A DNA stretch of 64,000 bases from Caulobacteraceae bacterium (lineage in GTDB: Bacteria > Pseudomonadota > Alphaproteobacteria > Caulobacterales > Caulobacteraceae), in assembly GCA_046349475.1 (NCBI GenBank), contig JAXMCG010000021.1, positions 40 to 64,039 on the forward strand, in the 5' to 3' direction. Below the pieces are notes generated by a model. The model saw nothing but the letters and a program-made list of their open reading frames with translations. It did no database searches and had not been told where the DNA came from. Made by a program: the position numbers and the translations under genes. This document shows, piece by piece, positions 57,519-64,000 of the stretch; the first letter of the stretch is position 1; each line of letters begins with the position of its first letter.

Positions 57519-58378
57519 GGCTCCTGCGGCCCCCGGAAGCGGATGAGGCCTTCCTGCACCGCCGAGGCCACGAGCTTGCCGTCGCGCGTGTAGATGTCGC
57601 CGAGATTGAAGCCGCGCCCGCCGGAGGTGGACGGGCTTCTCTGGTGATAGAGGTGCCACTCGTTGAACTGGGTCGGCCGGTGGAACCAGATGGCGTGGTC
57701 CAGGCTCGCTGACTGCAGGCCCGGCGTCTGCCACCCCATGGCGTGGGGCCGCATCGAGGTGGAGAGAAAGCTCATGTCGGAGGCGTAGGCCAGCGCCACC
57801 TGGTTCATCACCACATCGTCGCCGATCGGCTGGGTGGCGCGGAACCAGACGTCCTGCACCGAGGCCTTCTTGCCGCCACCCATGAAGCCCGTGGGATCGA
57901 TCGGCCGCATTTCGATAGGACGCGGGCGAAGAGCCATTTCCCGCATCGCATCGGGCATGCCCTTCATCATCTTGTCGCGGACTTTGTTCTCGTCTTCCAG
58001 GTCGTCCGGCCCGGGCACATTCGGCATCTCGTCCTGATGCTCCAGGCCGTCTTCCGGCACCTGGAACGAAGCGGCGAGGTTGAAGATCTGCTGGCCGTGC
58101 TGGATCGCCGTCACCCGGCGGGTGGTGAAAGTCTTGCCATCGCGCGAGCGGTCCACGTCGTAGAGGATCGGCACCGAGGGGTCGCCTGGCCGGATGAAGT
58201 AGCAGTGCAGGGAGTGGCACAGCCGGCCTTCCACCGTCTTGTAGGCCGCCATCAGGGCCTGGGCGATCACCAGACCGCCGAAGATGCGGCCCCGGCCGTC
58301 CTTGTCGCGGCCCCGGAACAGGTTCACTTCGATCGCCTCGAGGGAGAGGGTGTCGATCAGGCTTTCGGGCTCGGCCAT
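57515..58378 (-). CDS. tesB: acyl-CoA thioesterase II
   Basis: LSLEAIEVNLFRG, GGLVIAQAL, a double hot-dog layout and SLDHAIWFHRP. The ATG at 58378 follows AAGGAGG. Confidence 0.88.
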   Translation of the reverse strand: MAEPESLIDTLSLEAIEVNLFRGRDKDGRGRIFGGLVIAQALMAAYKTVEGRLCHSLHCYFIRPGDPSVPILYDVDRSRDGKTFTTRRVTAIQHGQQIFNLAASFQVPEDGLEHQDEMPNVPGPDDLEDENKVRDKMMKGMPDAMREMALRPRPIEMRPIDPTGFMGGGKKASVQDVWFRATQPIGDDVVMNQVALAYASDMSFLSTSMRPHAMGWQTPGLQSASLDHAIWFHRPTQFNEWHLYHQRSPSTSGGRGFNLGDIYTRDGKLVASAVQEGLIRFRGPQEP

Positions 58379-58519
58379 GGCTTTCGCCTCCTTCGCGGAA
58401 AGAGGCGCTGCTGTTAGCGCTTGCAGCAAGCTGCCGCAAGGCAGCGCTCCCTCCCCTTCATGGGGAGGGTCCCGAGTGCAGCGAGGGGGTGGGGTAAGGC
58501 TGTGTAGCTCCGCCTTTCC

Positions 58520-59476
58520 CTAGCCCAAGCCCTTGCGCGCCACCGTCCAGGTCGCGTCGGTGCAGAGCCCGCATTGCCGCCCGAGGAACATCCTCCCTGC
58601 CGCGTCATCGCCCAGGAGCCGCCAGCGCAGCCAGGCCGAGACCACTGCCCCGTAAGGCCCGCCATCCGCCTGCTGATATGTGCCGCCGTGGCCGACAGCC
58701 AGGTTGATCGCCATCACCGGAACCGTGGTGATCTTGTCGAAGTCATCCATGCCGTTGACGTAGGCGATGTCGGTCGGCCCCCCGAGCACATAGAGGGCGG
58801 GCGCGTGCAGCCGGGTCAGGGCGTCCTTGCCGATGCGCACGCCGGACCGGCCGCCCGGCCGCACATATACGCCGCTGTTCATGACGAGAGTCGTGCGGAT
58901 GCGCGGGTCGGCGCTCACTGCAAGGGCCTGCAGGCCGCCGCAGGAATGGCCGCCCACCGCGGCGTTGTTCACGTCCAGCCGATGGTAGAAGCGCGATCCC
59001 CGCCGGCTGTTCTCCCGCTTGGCCCAGTTCAGAGCGTCGATCAGCTGCGAGGGCTGGGTGGGATCGGTCCCGCTCTCCGGCCCGCCCGGATTGGGCGGCG
59101 GGGGCGGCGCGGCGCCTGCCGGGCGCTCCACGCGCTGGCGCGGCGGGCCGATGGCCATCACCAGGATGCCCTGCGAGGCGATCTGGCGCAGGAACTTCTC
59201 GTACTGCGCCCCATTGTCGGCGCACCCGCCCTCGGCCCAGGCGAACACCGGCATCTTGCCGGGCGGCAGGGTCACGGGCGCATAGATCGTATGGGTCGGC
59301 AGCGAGGTGGCCGAATAGCCGCGTGCGGGGAAAGGCCCGGTTCCGCCCACCTCGCCCTGGAAGTTCGCGATCACTGGCGCCTCGGACACCGCCACGATCT
59401 GCGGCGACGGCTGCGCTTGGGCGCTCAGCGCCACGCCCAGCAGGGCCAGCCCCGCGATCCCTGCTTTCCAACCCAT
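58520..59476 (-). CDS. secreted alpha/beta hydrolase (esterase/lipase-like)
   Basis: Signal peptide MGWKAGIAGLALLGVALSAQA and nucleophile elbow AVGGHSCGG. Sub-family not resolved. Confidence 0.7.
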   Translation of the reverse strand: MGWKAGIAGLALLGVALSAQAQPSPQIVAVSEAPVIANFQGEVGGTGPFPARGYSATSLPTHTIYAPVTLPPGKMPVFAWAEGGCADNGAQYEKFLRQIASQGILVMAIGPPRQRVERPAGAAPPPPPNPGGPESGTDPTQPSQLIDALNWAKRENSRRGSRFYHRLDVNNAAVGGHSCGGLQALAVSADPRIRTTLVMNSGVYVRPGGRSGVRIGKDALTRLHAPALYVLGGPTDIAYVNGMDDFDKITTVPVMAINLAVGHGGTYQQADGGPYGAVVSAWLRWRLLGDDAAGRMFLGRQCGLCTDATWTVARKGLG

Positions 59477-59556
59477 ACCTCGCGCCTATTCGTTTGGAGT
59501 TCTATCGATACGCTACACAAACGATCTTCGCGGGCAAGGTCTGCTAGGCTGGCGCC

Positions 59557-59958
59557 ATGTCCCCCGCAGAAGCCCTCGCCCACCTGCTTGAACCCCGCCC
59601 GGCGCCTCCCAACGGCCCCGCCCGCCTCGACATTCTCACCGCGCCCCTCGAGGACCAGCTGCACCTCTGGATCGCGGTGAACCCGCGCACCCGCGAGATC
59701 GCCGCCGCCTCGATCGACCGGCGGGATGACATAGCCGCCAACAGCTTCATCGGCGGCATCTATGTCAGCGGACGGCTGTACCTGGACGGCTTCAAACCCT
59801 ACCACGCGGCCGGTCGCGAGATCCTGGGCGTCGACGTCGACGTCGACTTCGCCCAGTTGACCCAGGTCTATGGCGACCGCGACTACAAGGCGCCGGCCCC
59901 GGACCCCGCCCGCCTGCTCGCCCTCCGCGCCGAACTAGAGGCGTGCTTGGCCCGCTAA
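59557..59958 (+). CDS. hypothetical protein
   Basis: 133 aa with high GC3 and a normal composition. I recognise no family. Confidence 0.5.
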   Translation: MSPAEALAHLLEPRPAPPNGPARLDILTAPLEDQLHLWIAVNPRTREIAAASIDRRDDIAANSFIGGIYVSGRLYLDGFKPYHAAGREILGVDVDVDFAQLTQVYGDRDYKAPAPDPARLLALRAELEACLAR

Positions 59959-61436
59959 GCCCAGTCCAGCGTGCGCGCGACGGCCTTTTTCCACTGGCCG
60001 AACTGGGCTTCCCGCGCTGCGGCGTCCATCTTCGGGGACCACTCCGCATCCTTGCGCCAGTGGGTCTTCAGAGCCGAGGCGTCCGGCCAGACCCCGACCG
60101 CTAACCCTGCCGCATAGGCCGCCCCCAGGCAGGTCGTCTCCGTCACCGCCGGGCGCACCACTGGGCAATCCAGCACGTCGGCCTGGATCTGCATCAGCAA
60201 GCCGTTCGCCGTCATGCCGCCGTCGGCTTTCAAAGCCTGCAAGGCGACCCCGCTGTCGGCCTTCATGGCGTCCACGACCTCGCGCACCTGCCAGGCCACC
60301 GCCTCCAGCACGGCGCGGGCGATATGGGCGCGGGTCACATAGCCGGTCAGGCCGACGATCACGCCCCGCGCATCGCTGCGCCAATGCGGTGCGAAAAGGC
60401 CCGCGAAAGCCGGCACGAAATAGGCGCCGCCGCTATCGGCGACCGAGCCCGCCAGGGCCTCCACGTCGGCGGCTTTCTCGATCATTTTCAGATTGTCACG
60501 CAACCACTGCACCAGTGACCCCGCCACCGCGATCGAGCCCTCCAGGGCATAAACGGCCGGCGCCCCGCCGATCTGATAGCCGACCGTGGTCAGGAGCCCG
60601 CTCTTGGAAGCCACGGCCTTGGTTCCAGTATTCACCAGCAGGAAGGCGCCGGTGCCATAGGTGCACTTGCCCTCCCCCACCTCGAAACAGGTCTGGCCGA
60701 AGAGCGCCGCCTGCTGGTCGCCCAGGGCCGAGGCCACCTTCACGCCCTCGAGCACGCCCCGCGCCGTCCCATAGACTTCCGACGAGGGCCGGATCTCAGG
60801 CAACATGGCCCGCGGCGCGCCAATGGCGTCCAGCAGGGTCTCGTCCCAGTCGAGGGTGGCCAGGTTCATCAGCATGGTGCGGCTGGCATTGGTCACGTCG
60901 GTGACGTGGCGGCCGGTGAGGTTCCAGATCAGCCAGGTGTCCATGGTGCCGAACAGGATCTCGCCCCGCTCGGCCCTGGCCCTCGCTCCCTCCACATTGT
61001 CCAGCAGCCAGCGGATCTTCGGGCCGGAGAAGTAAGTGGCGAGCGGCAGGCCGCAGCGGTCGCGAAACCGGTCCTGGCCGACATCCCCGGCCAGTTGCTC
61101 GGCGAGCTTGTCCGTGCGCGTATCCTGCCAGACGATAGCATTGTGGATCGGCCGGCCCGTCGTCTTTTCCCACAGCACCGTCGTCTCACGCTGGTTCGTG
61201 ATGCCTACGGCCGCGAGGTCCTGCGCGGCAATCCCGAGCTTCGCCAGGGCCTCGCCCACCACCTCCTGCACATTGGTCCAGATCTCGGCGGCGTCGTGCT
61301 CCACCCAGCCGGCGCGCGGGAAGATCTGTCGGTGCTCCTTCTGGCCTACCGCCGCGATGGCGCCATCCGCATCGAAGATGATGCACCTTGAGGAGGTCGT
61401 CCCCTGGTCGATCGCCGCCACATAGGGACCGCTCAT
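59955..61436 (-). CDS. glpK: glycerol kinase
   Basis: [45 protein letters not shown] and [10 protein letters not shown]. Confidence 0.97.
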   Translation of the reverse strand: MSGPYVAAIDQGTTSSRCIIFDADGAIAAVGQKEHRQIFPRAGWVEHDAAEIWTNVQEVVGEALAKLGIAAQDLAAVGITNQRETTVLWEKTTGRPIHNAIVWQDTRTDKLAEQLAGDVGQDRFRDRCGLPLATYFSGPKIRWLLDNVEGARARAERGEILFGTMDTWLIWNLTGRHVTDVTNASRTMLMNLATLDWDETLLDAIGAPRAMLPEIRPSSEVYGTARGVLEGVKVASALGDQQAALFGQTCFEVGEGKCTYGTGAFLLVNTGTKAVASKSGLLTTVGYQIGGAPAVYALEGSIAVAGSLVQWLRDNLKMIEKAADVEALAGSVADSGGAYFVPAFAGLFAPHWRSDARGVIVGLTGYVTRAHIARAVLEAVAWQVREVVDAMKADSGVALQALKADGGMTANGLLMQIQADVLDCPVVRPAVTETTCLGAAYAAGLAVGVWPDASALKTHWRKDAEWSPKMDAAAREAQFGQWKKAVARTLDWA

Positions 61437-61460
61437 CGGCCTCTCCCTTGAAGTCTTGTC

Positions 61461-62705
61461 TTACTTGCCCAGCCGACGTTCGCCGCGCAGCAGGCCCATC
61501 AGGCCCGGCCGCACATAGCCCTGCACCACCTGGTCTCGCGTGATCCCAGGCGCCCAGGCCCCCAGGTAGGCCGACGAATTGATCAGGGCCATGATCATCT
61601 GCCCGGCCACCAGAGGATCGACGCCCCGGATCGAGCCGTCCGCGATCCCTTCGGAGACGAAGGAGGCGAAACGGTGCGCCGTATCCATGAAGCTCTCCAG
61701 CATCGCCTGACGCAGCTTCGGCGGCAGGGCCGAGAGGGCATAGGCGCGCACCAGGGGCCCTGCCGGGGAATTATGGAACACCGCCAGCGCGGAGGCCGCG
61801 AGGCAGACCCGCTCCCATCCCGTCGGCGCCAGGGCCGCGCGCCGCTGGGCGTCGCGCATCAGCTGGAAGGTCCGCTCGAAGCAGGCCACCACCAGATCAT
61901 TCTTGTCGGTGTTGTGGTAGTAGAACGCGCCCTTGGTGAGGTTCAGCCGCGCCGAGATCTTGTCGACCGAGGCGCCCCGGTAGCCCTGTTCGTTGATCAG
62001 CTGGCAGGCTGCCCGCAGGAAAGCTTCACGCGGCGCCGCGCGTTCATCCGAGAATGGCGGGGCCAGCTCCAGATGGGTCATCTGCGGCCATCCCGCGGCC
62101 GGATGGGCCAGGCCATCCAGCAGGATGTCGGTCATCCGCCGGGCCGCCTTGTCGAAATCCTCGCTCTCCCTGGGCCGCAGCCAGGCCACCGCCCACATCA
62201 GCTGCTCCAGCACGAACCGGGCCCTAAGGCCCGCCCGCGTGGCGTCCACGCCAGCCGGATTGTCGCTGAAGAGGCGCCCGATCCTCGGGAACATCTCCCA
62301 GAAGGCCCGCATCACCTCACGGCCGAAGGGCTCGCCTAAGAACCGCACCTCATTGAACGAGGCCAGCTCCGGCGCCGTCCCGGCGAAAATCTGCCGGCGT
62401 GTCTCGAAATAGGCCCCGATGAACGCCGTCACCCGCTCGCGCGGCGAGGCTTTCGCCTCTGCCGCATCCAGCATCGCTCCGAACCGGCCGATGGTCTCGG
62501 TCAGGCAGGCCGCGATCAGCCCATCCTTCTTCTTGTAGTAATAGGCGAGGCTGGCCGGATGAACCCCCATCGTCTCGGCCACGGCGATCAGGGTGAAGCC
62601 CGAAACGCCTTGAGTATTCAGCACCGCCGTCGCCGCCAGCAGAATCCGGTCCTTCTTGGCCAGATAGCGCGCGCTTGCGCGGGTGGCGGTCTTCTCCTCG
62701 GTCAA
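61461..62705 (-). CDS. tandem-duplicated TetR/AcrR-family regulator (two HTH modules in one chain)
   Basis: Two TetR_N-like segments: ILLAATAVLNTQGVSGFTLIAVAETMGVHPASLAYYYKKKDGLI and FLRAACQLINEQGYRGASVDKISARLNLTKGAFYYHNTDKNDLV. Confidence 0.85.
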   Translation of the reverse strand: MTEEKTATRASARYLAKKDRILLAATAVLNTQGVSGFTLIAVAETMGVHPASLAYYYKKKDGLIAACLTETIGRFGAMLDAAEAKASPRERVTAFIGAYFETRRQIFAGTAPELASFNEVRFLGEPFGREVMRAFWEMFPRIGRLFSDNPAGVDATRAGLRARFVLEQLMWAVAWLRPRESEDFDKAARRMTDILLDGLAHPAAGWPQMTHLELAPPFSDERAAPREAFLRAACQLINEQGYRGASVDKISARLNLTKGAFYYHNTDKNDLVVACFERTFQLMRDAQRRAALAPTGWERVCLAASALAVFHNSPAGPLVRAYALSALPPKLRQAMLESFMDTAHRFASFVSEGIADGSIRGVDPLVAGQMIMALINSSAYLGAWAPGITRDQVVQGYVRPGLMGLLRGERRLGK

Positions 62706-62768
62706 CGGCGCCTCGAACGTATGCCCTGTCCTTTCATGGCGGGCTTGGCTGTCCCTGACAAGGGCGGC

Positions 62769-63557
62769 TCAGCCAGTCGGATTCGACCGCAGATGGTGCA
62801 ACACGATCCCTGCGGTCGTGGCGACATTGAGAGAATCGAAGCCCCCAGCCATGGCGACGCGGACGCCTTTGGCCTTGGCGATCAGGGTCGCCGGCAGGCC
62901 CGGCCCTTCCGCGCCCAGCAGCACGGCTGATCGCGCCGCGGCCCGCACTGCTTTCAGTTCCATGGCGCCCGCGGGCGTCAGGGCCAGCACCTCGAATCCT
63001 TGGCTCAGCAGAAGGTCGGCCAGGTCGCCATCGGTGCGCGCGAAAGGAACCTGTAGGACCCCGCCGACCGATACCCGGATGGCCTTTCGGTACAGCGGGT
63101 CACAGGAGGTGGCGTCGAGGATAACGGCATCGACCCCGAAAGCCGCCGCATTGCGGAAAAGTCCGCCCATATTGTCGTGATTAGCGATGCCGTGCAGGGC
63201 GAGGACCAGGGCCTTGTCCGGCAATCCTGTCAGCAGATCGGCCGCCCCCGGCCCCGGCTTGCGCCGCCCGAGCGCCAGGATGCCCCGGTGCAGGTGAAAC
63301 CCGGCCACCCGGTCCAGCACCCCCTGGCCGGCCAGATAGACCGGACATCCCAGAGTCTGGAGCAGGGGAGCCAGCTTCTCCGCCCTCTGTTCGGCGATCA
63401 GGGCCGACACAGCCTCACAGGTCCGGCTGCGCGCCAGCACGTTCAGCACCACCTCGCCCTCGGCGATGAAATGCCCCTGCCGGCCCACGAGGTCCTTCTC
63501 GCGGATGTCGCGATAGGCGGCAATTCGCGGATCGTCTTCGTCATCGATGCGGATCAA
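62769..63557 (-). CDS. TrmH/SpoU-family RNA 2'-O-methyltransferase
   Basis: ALHGIANHDNMGGLFRNAAAFG, LLGAEGPGL and SLNVATTAGIVLH. Confidence 0.88.
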   Translation of the reverse strand: MIRIDDEDDPRIAAYRDIREKDLVGRQGHFIAEGEVVLNVLARSRTCEAVSALIAEQRAEKLAPLLQTLGCPVYLAGQGVLDRVAGFHLHRGILALGRRKPGPGAADLLTGLPDKALVLALHGIANHDNMGGLFRNAAAFGVDAVILDATSCDPLYRKAIRVSVGGVLQVPFARTDGDLADLLLSQGFEVLALTPAGAMELKAVRAAARSAVLLGAEGPGLPATLIAKAKGVRVAMAGGFDSLNVATTAGIVLHHLRSNPTG

Positions 63558-64000
63558 TCCAGCACCGCCTCGGCGTCGTGATCACGCACAGCATCCAGGG
63601 TCACGCGCAACCAGCGCGGACTGTCCTGGAAAACGGACTGAAAGAGATTGGTGAGCAGCGAAAATCTGTAGTCCAAATAGGCGGCATCAAGGCCGTAGCC
63701 GCGTACGCCGTGCGCCTCCAACGCTGTTACATAACGCTTCAGCAGCCTGCGGTCTCGCGCCGCTCTGTCCGGGCTCGCCGCGGAGACCAGAGCATAGGCA
63801 AGATCATGCGGGCCCCGCCCCGGCTTCACCTCTGACCAATCTATCACTTTCAACCGCGTCTGGCCCGGCGGCGGCTGGAACACATTGCCCATCAGGTGGA
63901 AGTCGCCATGCACCAAGGTCAGATGATCCGTCGTCTCGGACCGCGTCCGCATCATTGCTGGCCAGAGCGCGACGACGCGTTCGAGCAGCCGCCGTTCGTC
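63554..64000 (-). CDS. phosphotransferase (APH/choline-kinase-like) family protein, 5' end outside the window
   Basis: LVHGDFHLMGNVF and VIDWSEV..GRGPHDLAYAL (Brenner/DxG-like motifs). The frame stays open to the window edge. ATGA overlap with trmH-like. Confidence 0.75.
   Translation of the reverse strand, partial: DERRLLERVVALWPAMMRTRSETTDHLTLVHGDFHLMGNVFQPPPGQTRLKVIDWSEVKPGRGPHDLAYALVSAASPDRAARDRRLLKRYVTALEAHGVRGYGLDAAYLDYRFSLLTNLFQSVFQDSPRWLRVTLDAVRDHDAEAVLD

Noticed and set aside
58430-58519. Hairpins CCCTCCCC-TTCA-TGGGGAGGG and GCAGC-AA-GCTGC / GCTGCC-GCAA-GGCAGC between the secreted hydrolase gene and tesB, considered as a structured sRNA.
   Set aside because: They are short GC-rich stems directly after a stop codon and are most simply a terminator or REP-type hairpin. 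There is no second copy in the window to support a family and no promoter-like signal.

Overview
All homology calls below come from reading the ORF translations against remembered family motifs, and no search was run. This is a high-GC alphaproteobacterial chromosomal segment, roughly two-thirds G+C by eye. Its gene order looks Caulobacterales-like: yacG/RNase-G-like/maf/infA, then hisD/UPF0262/LMW-PTP, then DUF2948/murA/tRNA-Thr.

The left third (1-14.5 kb) is housekeeping. The rest is a patchwork of catabolic and accessory genes:
- methylmalonyl-CoA mutase
- a sulfatase and a TonB-dependent receptor
- a CYP153-type P450
- two type-B carboxylesterases, several alpha/beta and serine hydrolases, and CoA-transferase/enoyl-CoA hydratase/acyl-CoA dehydrogenase genes
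- a bacterial type IB topoisomerase
- a decayed IS407-like insertion sequence
- a fused-ABC exporter pair

The most interesting locus is a minus-strand cluster at 35.2-40.3 kb. It encodes a YadA-type trimeric autotransporter adhesin (TAA) whose stalk is a long Ser/Thr/Asn 14-residue repeat packed with N-x-S/T sequons. Downstream lie two paralogous glycosyltransferase-like proteins of unknown function and a small secreted protein, all translationally coupled. I read this as a candidate dedicated adhesin-glycosylation module. The adhesin gene itself is split by a 7-nt insertion.

Other structured signals:
- A 116-nt composite double-hairpin repeat occurs at two loci, with conserved GANTC sites and compensatory inner stems.
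- A second REP/MITE-like repeat family has the core CCCGGCGAAAGCCGGG.
- A BlaI-type repressor is paired with a minimal ExbB-like membrane protein behind a double TACA-NN-TGTA-type operator.
- A membrane-protein gene can be reconstructed across the IS insertion, which has a 4-bp CTAC target duplication.

Many long antisense ORFs in the track are high-GC artefacts and are not reported as genes.
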